Assembly (NCBI GenBank): GCA_013911415.1
Contig: JACETI010000008.1
Coordinates: forward strand, 31,556-95,555
DNA from: Legionella sp.
GTDB taxonomy: Bacteria > Pseudomonadota > Gammaproteobacteria > Legionellales > Legionellaceae
DNA length: 64,000 nt
Direction of reading: 5' to 3'
The notes below the pieces were generated by a model. It worked only from the letters and a program-made list of their open reading frames with translations. It was not told the DNA's origin and ran no database searches. Position numbers and translations under genes: made by a program. Of the stretch, positions 11,272 to 20,735 are shown piece by piece; the stretch's first letter is position 1; every line of letters begins with the position of its first letter.

Positions 11272-12279
11272 CTAATCCCACTCTTCGGAATCGACATCAG
11301 GCAACTGCAGCCTTTCCCAATCTTCGAAAACAGCGACACGAAAAATGGCATCGCCTTCATTGACTAAAGGGATATTGGTTTTGCTAATAATCAGACCCTT
11401 GCAAGGTGAGCAAACCGTCATCTCATTATTTCCAAGGGGATCAATAATGGCACAAAGCGGCGCTCCTTTTTCGACTTTCTCACCCAAGCATTTGCTCCGA
11501 ATAATCATACCACTCTCTGGTGCTCGTACCCAAGACGTTGATTCAGCTCGCATCGGCGTAATTGGCGTTCGTTTGGGTTGTTTTTTTGTTTTTGGAAACA
11601 TTTCTAAAGAGCGCATAACATTGAGCACCCCGCGAACCCCCACTCGAATGGCGAGCTCATCAAAACGCAAGGCTTCCCCCGCTTCATAAACAATCAAGGG
11701 TATATTGAGGTTATTGGTTGCCTCTCTCAATGATCCATCGCGAATATTAGAAGCTATCATAATGGGCGCAGCAAAAGATTCCGCAAGCTCAATCGATTGC
11801 GCACAAGGATAACTAAAGCGAGTTTGGGGGTAATTGGAGCGATGCTCTGCACCTGTATGTAGATCAATACCATGGGTGGAATGCATGACTATCTCTGTCA
11901 TGATGAGATGCGCAAGTTTCGATGCCATTGATCCTTTGGAAGAACCTGGGAATTGGCGATTTAGATCACGTCTATCAGGTAAATAGCGTGATCTTAGAAA
12001 AAAGCCATAGGCATTGACTAGGGGAATAGTAATGAGGGTGCCACGTAATCTTTTCAAGAGGGGCATTTGATGGAGTCTTCGAATAATCTCAACGCCATTA
12101 ATTTCATCGCCATGAATGGCAGCTGTTATAAAAAGAATGGGCCCTGGTTTTTTTCCATGAAAAACATAGACAGGAATTTCAAGCGGTGTTGATGAGTAAA
12201 GCATGGCCAGTGACAGCTTAACGCAACGTGATTGCCCAGCCGGAATTTCTTCCTTGGCAATTAAGATAGGCTCTCGCAT
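11272..12279 (-). CDS. Succinylglutamate desuccinylase/aspartoacylase-family (M14-like) zinc hydrolase
   Basis: ITAAIHGDEINGVEI (Zn-binding H-x-x-E), DLNRQFPG, HGIDLHTG. Lies immediately downstream of rimK on the same strand, a recurrent pairing. Confidence 0.8.
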   Translation of the reverse strand: MREPILIAKEEIPAGQSRCVKLSLAMLYSSTPLEIPVYVFHGKKPGPILFITAAIHGDEINGVEIIRRLHQMPLLKRLRGTLITIPLVNAYGFFLRSRYLPDRRDLNRQFPGSSKGSMASKLAHLIMTEIVMHSTHGIDLHTGAEHRSNYPQTRFSYPCAQSIELAESFAAPIMIASNIRDGSLREATNNLNIPLIVYEAGEALRFDELAIRVGVRGVLNVMRSLEMFPKTKKQPKRTPITPMRAESTSWVRAPESGMIIRSKCLGEKVEKGAPLCAIIDPLGNNEMTVCSPCKGLIISKTNIPLVNEGDAIFRVAVFEDWERLQLPDVDSEEWD

Positions 12280-12423
12280 CCTTGCTCTCCTGTCTTCTAC
12301 CTAACGGTTTTCTGCTCACATCAGCTATTTGAAGCGCGCGCAGTCGCACCCTTCTCTTCTTTCGTTAATAAACCCCTAATCTGTTTTATATTGTTTATTT
12401 ATCAGCTCACATCCGTTTTATCA

Positions 12424-13335
12424 TTATCCTTGAAAACGTTGTTCTTTACCCCCGCGGGCTTTATGGTTTTTTTCGATGTACGCAATCATCTTTCCTGCGA
12501 TATTAATATTTAAAGCGGTTTCGATACCCTCAAACCCAGGCGATGAATTAATTTCTAAGACAAGTGGACCATGTTTAGAGCGAATTAGATCAACGCCTGC
12601 CACTTTCAGCCCCATCGCTTTCGCGGCTGAAATTGCTAACATACGCTCAGCAGAGGAGAGTTTTACTTTAGAAGCGGTGCCGCCTTGATGTACATTCGCA
12701 CGAAATTCACCGGGCTTAGCCTGTCTTTTTATCGCACCCACCACTTTGTTTCCAATAACAAAACATCGAATATCAGTTCCACGTGATTCTTCAATAAATT
12801 CTTGGAGTAAAATGTTAGTCGACATATCCTTAAACGCATTGATAATACTAACTGCGGACTGATGACTATCTGCCAGCATTACACCACGGCCTTGCGTCCC
12901 TTCTAACACTTTAATGACAAGGGGCGCCCCACCCACTTGTCTAATGACATCTTCGGTATCATCGGGTGATAGCGCGAAACAAGTTTTGGGCATGGGTATG
13001 CCTTTTCGGGCGAGCAGTTGCAGCGCACGAAATTTATCGCGTGAACGGGCGATAGCAATTGATTGATTTAAGGTATAAATCCCCATCGTTTCCATATGTC
13101 GCAACAAAGCTGTTCCATAGAAAGTCATAGAGGCTGCAATACGAGGAATCACCGCATCATATGCAGGTAACACACTACCATCTCGGTAGTGTACTTGAGG
13201 ATTAGAGGTAACAACCTCCATATAGCAATAGGAAGGATTGATCGTACTTACTAAATGTCCTGCACGCTCCCCTTCTTCTTTTAAACGACGGTGGGAATAG
13301 AGCTGAGGATTGGTACACAGAATCGCAATTTTCAT
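12424..13335 (-). CDS. rimK: Ribosomal protein S6 L-glutamate ligase (ATP-grasp)
   Basis: MKIAILCTNPQLYSHRRL matches the E. coli RimK N-terminus style. ATP-grasp motifs PLVIKVLEGTQGRGV, GEFRANVHQGG, VAGVDLIRSKHGPLVLEINSSPG. The track ORF begins 4 codons earlier (13347). Confidence 0.9.
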   Translation of the reverse strand: MKIAILCTNPQLYSHRRLKEEGERAGHLVSTINPSYCYMEVVTSNPQVHYRDGSVLPAYDAVIPRIAASMTFYGTALLRHMETMGIYTLNQSIAIARSRDKFRALQLLARKGIPMPKTCFALSPDDTEDVIRQVGGAPLVIKVLEGTQGRGVMLADSHQSAVSIINAFKDMSTNILLQEFIEESRGTDIRCFVIGNKVVGAIKRQAKPGEFRANVHQGGTASKVKLSSAERMLAISAAKAMGLKVAGVDLIRSKHGPLVLEINSSPGFEGIETALNINIAGKMIAYIEKNHKARGGKEQRFQG

Positions 13336-13444
13336 TAATGACGCCATCCTTGTTCAGCACTCTTATACAAGTAAGAATAGCTCAACTTAAACGATGGCAA
13401 AGAATACACTTATTTGCAAACAAGTTCAATCATAGACAAATGCG

Positions 13445-13651
13445 CTAAGTCAATGCATGAGGCGTAATCCAACCTAAACGAAATGAAAGAAATAAAAACA
13501 AAAAGAGCGCTAAAGATAAAGCAATCCGCCATGTTAATGCTTTGACCGTACGTTGCGTTGAATCCGTATCTCGCACTAAAAAAACAAGACCGCTACCTAA
13601 TGCAATTAAAATCACCAGCATTACAATTAAGATGATCACTCGGGTGAACAT
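13445..13651 (-). CDS. Twin transmembrane helix small protein (HIG1/DUF2909-like, cox-cluster associated)
   Basis: Starting at the internal ATG gives a 68-aa protein with two TM helices (VIILIVMLVILIALGSGLVFLV / WRIALSLALFLFLFLSFRLGW). It is divergent from SURF1, as in canonical aa3 oxidase clusters. Confidence 0.6.
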   Translation of the reverse strand: MFTRVIILIVMLVILIALGSGLVFLVRDTDSTQRTVKALTWRIALSLALFLFLFLSFRLGWITPHALT

Positions 13652-13725
13652 TGATATACTCCATGAACACTGAGATTCCTTAGAGATGATAAAGTCAGCA
13701 TCTCTCAAGAAATAGTTAAGCCACG

Positions 13726-14448
13726 ATGCGCAGTTTAACCTGTTTTCACTACCGTTTCACACCGTCCTGGCAAATGACGCTCATTACTCTCGCGGCATTG
13801 CTACTTTTCGCTGCGCTAGGCCAGTGGCAACTTCATCGGGCAGCTGATAAAAAGCAGATTATTCAAGCACAGAAAGAAGCAGCTGTGGCGTCTCCTTTAC
13901 TTTGGATACCGGGCATGGTTTTACCCAAGCCCTATCAGAAATTGCGACTTCAAGGCAAATTTTTAAAGGATAGCTTTTTGCTTGATAATCAAATTCATGA
14001 CCATCAAGTGGGTTATCATGTTTTAACCCCTCTGTTGCTTAACAACGGTCAATGCATTTTAATTAATCGCGGCTGGATTTCAGCTGGCTCTAAACGACAA
14101 GAGGTCCCGCACTTATCTCCCTCCCCTCATGATCTGCTTGATATTCGTGGAGAAGCTTACTATCCTCCCAAGAAACAGTGGGTTTTAGGCGAAGAAATTG
14201 AAACGCATGCGACGGTTAAGATTTTAGAAAGAGTGAACGTTGGCAAACTTCAATCCTTACTTAATCGTCAAATATATCCGTTCCTTGTGCGAGTTGATCA
14301 TCGAGAACCCTATACCTATGTATTGCAGCCAAAAGCTGCTACTTATTTAAGCCCAGCACGCCATTATGGCTATGCATTTCAATGGTTCTTGATGGGTTTT
14401 ACATGTCTAATTTTATTTATTGTTTTAAATCTTAAGAAAGAAAATTGA
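13726..14448 (+). CDS. SURF1-family cytochrome oxidase assembly protein
   Basis: N- and C-terminal TM helices, LGQWQLHRAADKKQ, VLINRGWI, HYGYAFQWFLMGF - classic SURF1 motifs. Confidence 0.85.
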   Translation: MRSLTCFHYRFTPSWQMTLITLAALLLFAALGQWQLHRAADKKQIIQAQKEAAVASPLLWIPGMVLPKPYQKLRLQGKFLKDSFLLDNQIHDHQVGYHVLTPLLLNNGQCILINRGWISAGSKRQEVPHLSPSPHDLLDIRGEAYYPPKKQWVLGEEIETHATVKILERVNVGKLQSLLNRQIYPFLVRVDHREPYTYVLQPKAATYLSPARHYGYAFQWFLMGFTCLILFIVLNLKKEN

Positions 14449-14450
14449 CT

Positions 14451-14984
14451 ATGAAACGTTATTCTATGATTTTTTTACTCATTGGGCTCTTTTTAGCACC
14501 AGGTTTCATTGCGGCTGTCTTTTATACTCATCCTCAGTTACTGCAGCAGTATTTTCCAACACAAACCAACAAAGGCGAGTTATTGGCACCGCCACTAAAA
14601 AGTATCGATTTAGGCGAGAATAAGAAGTGGCATCTTGTCCTGTGGCAGCCATTAGGATGCAACGTCAGCTGTAAATCCGAAACTGACCGTCTAGCACGCA
14701 TACGCTTGGCCCTAGGTAGACATTTATATGACGTTGATCAATGGTTGCTACTGGGCGCCAATGCCCAAGCCCTAGACCCCGTTTATGAGCAAACGCTAGA
14801 GAGCCAAGCAATTTATTTGAAAAAGCTATCCTCAACCTCAGATGTAAACAGATTATTAGAAAAAGATCTTGGGTCTGAGTCTCGTATTTACCTTGCAAAC
14901 CCAGATCATTATTTTGTCCTAGGCTACCCCGTAGACGCAAAAGCCGAATCAATCTTCCATGATTTGAAGAAATTAATTTCATAA
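14451..14984 (+). CDS. Membrane-anchored protein of the cox-assembly cluster with a SCO-like CxxxC motif
   Basis: N-terminal TM anchor, then KKWHLVLWQPLGCNVSCKSETDRLARI, which resembles the SCO1 F-G-x-x-x-C-x-x-x-C region. Sits where a conserved hypothetical lies between SURF1 and ctaA in other gammaproteobacteria. ATG at 14451 preferred over TTG at 14445. Confidence 0.5.
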   Translation: MKRYSMIFLLIGLFLAPGFIAAVFYTHPQLLQQYFPTQTNKGELLAPPLKSIDLGENKKWHLVLWQPLGCNVSCKSETDRLARIRLALGRHLYDVDQWLLLGANAQALDPVYEQTLESQAIYLKKLSSTSDVNRLLEKDLGSESRIYLANPDHYFVLGYPVDAKAESIFHDLKKLIS

Positions 14985-15042
14985 ACAAGTATTGAAAACG
15001 AGGTAATTCTGTTGATGTCTTTCAAAATAGTTATATCGCTAA

Positions 15043-15651
15043 TTATATATTGCTAAAGAAATTCTGAGCCTTTTTAAATGGTTCACAGGTGTGGGCAGAG
15101 TAGGCATTGGATTGCATGCATCCTTGAAATAAGCTGCCAAAAACATTCGACAGCACTGCTGCATGCTCTTTTCTTAAGGCATTCGCTTCCTTAACCATGT
15201 CTTTGTTTTGATGAAGGAGCGTACTTCGCTCCACTTTGTTGAGCGTATCTTGCATTTTACTTTGTATACTGTTTATTACCATGTGCGGTAAAATTTCATC
15301 TATATCTTCTGGCTTGCCCCTATTTGACATGAATTTCAAAAAAACAGTATTAAGATTACTATTAAGCTGTTGCTTAATTTGCAAACCATACCCTTCACTG
15401 TATTCATTATAATGCTTTAAAGACAGATAAAAATCTTCTGCTTTAGGACCACAGTCTGGTGCCATTCCTTGTAGCCCTTCATGCCGTAAGCAGGTTTCAA
15501 AGTGGCTAGCGTTTTCTGTCACTGAAGCAAATCGTGTTAAAAGTTGTTCCTTACTCTTGGCAAGTTGCTCTTTTTGTTCTTTATATTTTTTCGAATCTCC
15601 AAATAGACTAAACGTGGCTAAGCTCAATTGTTTGTTTATTTTTGATTTCAT
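15043..15651 (-). CDS. Orphan 202-aa all-helical protein (effector-like)
   Basis: Long clean ORF in an AT-rich insert, divergent from the 840-aa ORF. I recognise no family motif. Confidence 0.5.
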   Translation of the reverse strand: MKSKINKQLSLATFSLFGDSKKYKEQKEQLAKSKEQLLTRFASVTENASHFETCLRHEGLQGMAPDCGPKAEDFYLSLKHYNEYSEGYGLQIKQQLNSNLNTVFLKFMSNRGKPEDIDEILPHMVINSIQSKMQDTLNKVERSTLLHQNKDMVKEANALRKEHAAVLSNVFGSLFQGCMQSNAYSAHTCEPFKKAQNFFSNI

Positions 15652-15872
15652 ATTATTTGCTCACTCTATAAGAGCAAGCACGTTAACTTAGAAAACGTTC
15701 AGATTCAATAGCTTGGCTTATCACCTCAAATCACTTTTGTGTGCACCGATCCTGCTGCAAGAGGTATTTCATTTGATCAAAACTAAACCACCTAAATTTA
15801 ATCATTTGATTTACGATAATTTTCTTGCAACTTATTTAGACCCAAAATAGTCTTCTCCACCCATCGAAGCAG

Positions 15873-15900
15873 TTGAATTTATATCATAATGGTATAAAAT
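15873..15900 (+). promoter_or_regulatory. Candidate sigma70 promoter for the 840-aa ORF
   Basis: TTGAAT - 16 nt - TAAAAT, 31 nt upstream of the ATG. Such matches are common in AT-rich spacers. Confidence 0.3.
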
Positions 15901-15930
15901 TATACTAATTAAATTTCAATTTTAAATCCT

Positions 15931-18453
15931 ATGGCACTCACATCTCTCTTGCTTAACAGACTAAATGGCTTAAAAAACGGTACATTACTCACAGAAAATG
16001 ATCGATTGCTGATCCAAAACTTTTTCCAAACCTATCCACTCGATAATCCATCAAGCGAGGAAGATGCTCTTTTTTTAAATTTCTTATTAATAAACAGAGA
16101 ATTATTCCATGTTTTTTTCTTGAGTCTTATCGACAGCAAAAATTTTTTAGATATGGTGAAAACTGCATACCCTGCACATGCAGAAGAACTGCAAAAACAA
16201 TACGACATTTGCAAGAATAATATATCTTCGTTTGTCTCATTGAATGACAAGGATCCTCAAAAAATACCTGGTTGGCAACGCGAGATTAATAACGATGAAG
16301 AAAAATTGCATTTTGACAAGTTTAAGTTGGTCTCAGGTAATGATGCGCAAAGTGTTCCGTTAAGCTTAAAACCAGGCGCACAAAATTTAAACGCACAAGG
16401 GATTATTACTGAAACGGGTTTATCTAGGACCAAAAATAACCAGCCCTTAAATCCCAATGATCTTGTTGATGTACACGTCAGCGGAGCTTGGTTACGTCCA
16501 CCCGATCAAGATGTAGATAGCAAAATTTTTGAAGACTCTAAGTCCTGGCAAGCTTTGTCACAAAAAGAAAAGGCCGAACATCACCCCACATCTTTAGACC
16601 CAAAACATGAACATCTTACAAAAAGAATATTAACAATACGCAAAGAGCGGATCGCAGAGCAATTGGCGAGTTATAAGGTATATGTTAATAAAAGTATTTA
16701 TACAAACGATTATAAAAATGTTCATAAAGATATTAAGTCTACCATCGACATTAGACAAACGAAAACACCTCTCGAAAAAGACTGGCGAAATATGGCTCTT
16801 GGTATTTGCCATGCACAAAAAATCGACCTTCTTGCTGAACCTGTTAGTGTAAATGATTTAGCCCTGCTACAGCCTCGTCAGGGAGTCATAAATGCCGGTG
16901 AACCTGCAATCCTCTTATTATCGACTCCAGCATTAAACTGCGGCTACGGTTATGATCCCAACAAAAAAGACCGGGCAGTTGGACCTGGTAGTTTCCTCAC
17001 CCCTTCACAGAAAAAATTCTTTATAAAAGAAATGTATCGTCTACTTTTTTATACGGCGCAAAGAGAAGGTTACCAATATATAGCCCTGGCTCCGGCTGGA
17101 TTAGGTGTTTTTAAAGGTGAGCCTTTAACCTATTTCAAGGCGTTAATCAGCATAGCGAAAGAATTTCCATCTCTAAACATTATTTATAATCCCGGCCCTG
17201 ATGCTGCAACTTTCCAAGCGTTGCTTGATAACCAACGAAAGCAACTGTTTGATTTACAAAAACAATCCGCTGAAAAACTCTCTGCAAGGCTATCCGAGCT
17301 AAAAGGCAAGCTTGAAAAAGCGCGGTTAGAGACGAATCAAACAACCAGGTCAATCAAAAAACTAAAATACGACATTAAAGAGACAGAAAGATCGATAGAA
17401 ATTTTAAATAACAATCAATATTCCTCGCCGCTTGATAATCTAATGGCTACCAATCGTGACGTCATTTATTTAGCGGATCGATTAACACGCAAAGGTTCTC
17501 CTTGTGCGCTTCATAATGCTTCCGACGCAGATGCTGTTTTGAACTTCCAAGATATTGGTCAATATTGGAAAACTTTGTCGCCTCACAACAAACGCCTTTC
17601 GTCATATGTGATGGAGGAACACATTGCTTCTTTCTGTTCTGTTTACAGTCCACATCAAGTTCCATCACTGAAGATAGAGAATTGTCGCTTTAAAATCAAA
17701 TTGAAAGAACCGATAGTGATGGCTGACCTAAATGGAAACAATCAAGTTATTTCTATTCGATCGTTCCAAGATCAAGGGAAAAATGGTTACATCATTAAAG
17801 GAAAGAATAATACGGGCTATGCTTCTTACATTTTTGTCGATTTAAATGGTGAGGCTAAACCGGTGACCAAATTGTTGGGTAGTTTTACGGTGCATCATGA
17901 TGCTGATTTTAGAGATCACATGGAAAACAAAATCGTTGCCACCCAATTATACGCCTTTAAACAGCAGATTTTTGATGCTGCTGGCATCGAGCATTCTTTT
18001 GCCGAAACAAGAAAGTTCCATCAATCCGTCCCCCAAGATTGCATAGATAAATGCTATGATTATCTGCATATCTTAAAGAAAGAAGCAGAATCGACGTTTC
18101 TTGGTAAACTCAGCCTGTTTGGGGGCAAAAAAAAGGACGACAAACTTTCAGTGCTGAACCATCCTAAGTTTACTGCCGTGTGTGTCTTGTTAGCTTACTT
18201 AGAAAATTTCGATCTCGAAACTTCCTTGAAGTTAATCAAATCTGGCTACAACAAACTCTTTGAGAAACGTTTCGGCAGCCTCATAGGTGACCTTGAAGTC
18301 ACCCTCACCCTTCAAAAACAAGCAATGGTCGCATCAAAATCGAGCCAAGCAAGTTTGTTTACTTCTCCCGCTCAAAAAACTGATTTTGACCGCATACCGG
18401 GGATAGATGAACAAGGCAGTAATGCAATGCAAGTAGAAAAAAAGGGTCCTTAG
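15931..18453 (+). CDS. Orphan 840-aa protein with a macrodomain-like segment and a coiled coil (effector-like)
   Basis: aa ~320-400: INAGEPAILLLSTPALNCGYG...DRAVGPG...LLFYTAQREGYQYIALAPAGLGVFKGEP follows the order of macrodomain blocks (vNAAN..GGG / viHaVGP / siAfPaIstGvfG.P). Coiled coil LSARLSELKGKLEKARLETNQ. C-terminus ...QVEKKGP. Confidence 0.6.
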   Translation: MALTSLLLNRLNGLKNGTLLTENDRLLIQNFFQTYPLDNPSSEEDALFLNFLLINRELFHVFFLSLIDSKNFLDMVKTAYPAHAEELQKQYDICKNNISSFVSLNDKDPQKIPGWQREINNDEEKLHFDKFKLVSGNDAQSVPLSLKPGAQNLNAQGIITETGLSRTKNNQPLNPNDLVDVHVSGAWLRPPDQDVDSKIFEDSKSWQALSQKEKAEHHPTSLDPKHEHLTKRILTIRKERIAEQLASYKVYVNKSIYTNDYKNVHKDIKSTIDIRQTKTPLEKDWRNMALGICHAQKIDLLAEPVSVNDLALLQPRQGVINAGEPAILLLSTPALNCGYGYDPNKKDRAVGPGSFLTPSQKKFFIKEMYRLLFYTAQREGYQYIALAPAGLGVFKGEPLTYFKALISIAKEFPSLNIIYNPGPDAATFQALLDNQRKQLFDLQKQSAEKLSARLSELKGKLEKARLETNQTTRSIKKLKYDIKETERSIEILNNNQYSSPLDNLMATNRDVIYLADRLTRKGSPCALHNASDADAVLNFQDIGQYWKTLSPHNKRLSSYVMEEHIASFCSVYSPHQVPSLKIENCRFKIKLKEPIVMADLNGNNQVISIRSFQDQGKNGYIIKGKNNTGYASYIFVDLNGEAKPVTKLLGSFTVHHDADFRDHMENKIVATQLYAFKQQIFDAAGIEHSFAETRKFHQSVPQDCIDKCYDYLHILKKEAESTFLGKLSLFGGKKKDDKLSVLNHPKFTAVCVLLAYLENFDLETSLKLIKSGYNKLFEKRFGSLIGDLEVTLTLQKQAMVASKSSQASLFTSPAQKTDFDRIPGIDEQGSNAMQVEKKGP

Positions 18454-18611
18454 CACAGCATGAATGTTAGGCTAAGGCAGCTCCTCTTTCTACTCGAGTT
18501 TTTTTAGTCAAATAAAATAAAGGATAACAATAATATTGAAAAAGTAGACCGATCTGCTACATTTGCAAGTTATTAAACGTTATTGCAATAACAGGTTAAA
18601 AAGGGTTTCCT

Positions 18612-19616
18612 ATGGCAGTACGGTCATTACGCAATATTGTTAATGTTGCGATTGTTTTCTCATTTTGTGTCGTTTTATTAGGTGCTTATACGCGGCTCAC
18701 TCACGCCGGCTTAGGTTGCCCAGATTGGCCAGGTTGTTACGGCAAACTCATTCTACCTCAAGCCAAACATGCGCTGGTATCTGCACAGAATCAGTACCCT
18801 GACACAGTGCTTGAGGTTAGAAAAGCATGGACAGAAATGGTCCATCGTTACGCTGCGGGCACGTTGGTCTTGCTCCTCTTAGTCATTACTTTTCAAACCT
18901 TTCGCCATCGAAAAACCTTCCCTACAGGATGGAAATTATCGCTTGGTTTATTCTGCCTCATCGGTTTTCAAGCTGTTTTAGGCATGTGGACAGTGACCTG
19001 GAAATTACTTCCGCTTGTTGTAATGGGGCATCTTTTAGGTGGCCTTTGTATTTTCAGTGGGCTATGTCGGTTAAGGCTAGCGCTTAGTCGACAACAACCA
19101 ACCATGTATCTACCGCAATTTAAACCATGGCTATGTCTCGCAGTGTTCATTGTTTTTGTGCAGGTTGCTCTAGGAGGATGGGTCAGTGCAAATTACGCGG
19201 GATTGGGTTGCCTTGGTTTTCCGCAGTGTAATGGTCAATGGCTACCAGCGCTGAACTTATCTGAAGGGTTTAATCTTTTTTCACCTATCGGGCAAAGCTA
19301 TCAAGGTGGTTTGCTTGATCATCCCGGACGTATGACTATCCATTTTTTGCATCGGGTTGGTGCCGTTATTACTGCTCTATATCTTCTAACATTGTGCACA
19401 CTAATGCTTTGTTACATACGTGAAAAAAAGATACGTTTTTTTGCACAATTGACCATCGTTTTTGTAATCATTCAATTTAGTTTGGGTATCATGAATGTTG
19501 TTTATTTCTTACCGTTATCTGTCGCTGTGCTCCATAACGGAATGGCAGCACTCTTACTAGCGACTGTTTTTATGATGCAGTCTTTGGTGAAATGCAAGCA
19601 CTTAGACGCTGGTTAA
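18612..19616 (+). CDS. ctaA: Heme A synthase (COX15/CtaA family)
   Basis: RLTHAGLGCPDWPGCYGK, WTEMVHRYAAG, multiple TM helices with conserved His (HRVGAV), 334 aa. Confidence 0.85.
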   Translation: MAVRSLRNIVNVAIVFSFCVVLLGAYTRLTHAGLGCPDWPGCYGKLILPQAKHALVSAQNQYPDTVLEVRKAWTEMVHRYAAGTLVLLLLVITFQTFRHRKTFPTGWKLSLGLFCLIGFQAVLGMWTVTWKLLPLVVMGHLLGGLCIFSGLCRLRLALSRQQPTMYLPQFKPWLCLAVFIVFVQVALGGWVSANYAGLGCLGFPQCNGQWLPALNLSEGFNLFSPIGQSYQGGLLDHPGRMTIHFLHRVGAVITALYLLTLCTLMLCYIREKKIRFFAQLTIVFVIIQFSLGIMNVVYFLPLSVAVLHNGMAALLLATVFMMQSLVKCKHLDAG

Positions 19617-20715
19617 GGCGTTGGTAAAGTCGATAGCTCAGCCATTCTGCCGCGTAATAAAGAACCTTTTCGTTACGATAAGCAAGTTGGTGGGATTCGC
19701 AAATAGGGGAATCTTCCATACCCTTTTGACTATCATTAATATAAATCTCGAGACTCGTTTGAGTTTCGACGGTTTGCTGCCAATAGTCCGTCAATCCTTT
19801 CAAATGTATTTGAAATCTTGTTGGAGCGTGTTCTGGGAAAGGTGAAAACCTTAAAAATTCGTGATTACTCGGTTGTTGTATCAAGGTTTGAAGTAAACCA
19901 CCCGTTACTTCGTCTTCGATAACAACGGGCACCTTCCAATCCGCAAGTGCTCTTGCAAAGCGTGTGGATGCTTTTTCTGCCACTGTAGCAATCATAAGCG
20001 GCTCAAGAATGGGCATTATAATACTTTCAATTTTAGCAACTTGCTCTGGATAACAGCGTAATTTGAATTCGACGTAAGGCAGATCTAATCGATAGCCGGT
20101 TTGACACTCGACATCCTTAAGAGCTGTATCTAATTGGTTAGCCATTTGACTTTCTGGCAAGCCAAATAAACGCCAGCGTAAAATGATTTTTCGGCTCCGT
20201 TGCCCTTCTTGTTCGAGCATTGGCAAAACGAATTGTTCGAACATCGGTAAGCACTCTTTTGGCGGGCCTGGCAATAAAATAAAGCGCTTCCCCTGCCATA
20301 CAAAATAACAGCCCATGGCAGTGCCATAAGGGTTTGGTAACAAGACAGAGTCTACCGGAAAAAGAGTTTGTTGTTGGTCACCTGCATTGAGAGGACGCGT
20401 GCGTTTTAAGGCAGTCGTTACATGTTCGACCGCTTCTTTAAATGAGGTTAATGGGATCCCTAAAAAATGAGCTAAAGCAAAACGGGTACGATCATCAGAG
20501 GTGGGACCTAACCCTCCTAAAAGGATAATCGTGTCATGTTTATTAGCTAAGAAGGTAAGGCTTTCTAAAAGTTCAGTTTCTTTATCGCTACAGGTCACTT
20601 GCAAACCCAAAGGCAAGCCAGAAGCACTTAACGTTTGGGCAAGCGCATGTACATTTGTATTTAAAGTATCACCATGGATTAATTCATCGCCTGTTGATAA
20701 TAGGCCAATGAGCAT
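19570..20715 (-). CDS. CinA-like protein (MoCF-binding N-domain, degenerate PncC-like C-domain)
   Basis: IGLLSTGDELIHGDTLNTN...IILLGGLGPTSDDRTRFALA is the CinA/MoeA-type N-domain. The C-domain has EDEVTGGLL where CinA has AESCTGG. Its 3' end overlaps the ctaA 3' end by 47 bp (convergent). Confidence 0.7.
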   Translation of the reverse strand: MLIGLLSTGDELIHGDTLNTNVHALAQTLSASGLPLGLQVTCSDKETELLESLTFLANKHDTIILLGGLGPTSDDRTRFALAHFLGIPLTSFKEAVEHVTTALKRTRPLNAGDQQQTLFPVDSVLLPNPYGTAMGCYFVWQGKRFILLPGPPKECLPMFEQFVLPMLEQEGQRSRKIILRWRLFGLPESQMANQLDTALKDVECQTGYRLDLPYVEFKLRCYPEQVAKIESIIMPILEPLMIATVAEKASTRFARALADWKVPVVIEDEVTGGLLQTLIQQPSNHEFLRFSPFPEHAPTRFQIHLKGLTDYWQQTVETQTSLEIYINDSQKGMEDSPICESHQLAYRNEKVLYYAAEWLSYRLYQRLNQRLSACISPKTAS

Positions 20716-20735
20716 AACTTTCCCGCCTTATTTTG

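Noticed and set aside
14990-18535. Short shared ATTGAAAA words at both edges of the cox-cluster insert, considered as target-site duplications.
   Set aside because: An 8-nt AT-only match is expected by chance. There is no integrase or transposase, and no longer repeat.
19570-19616. 47-bp convergent overlap of ctaA and the cinA-like gene, considered as a sign of a frameshift or pseudogene.
   Set aside because: Both ORFs are full length with intact conserved motifs. The overlap only involves non-conserved C-terminal tails.
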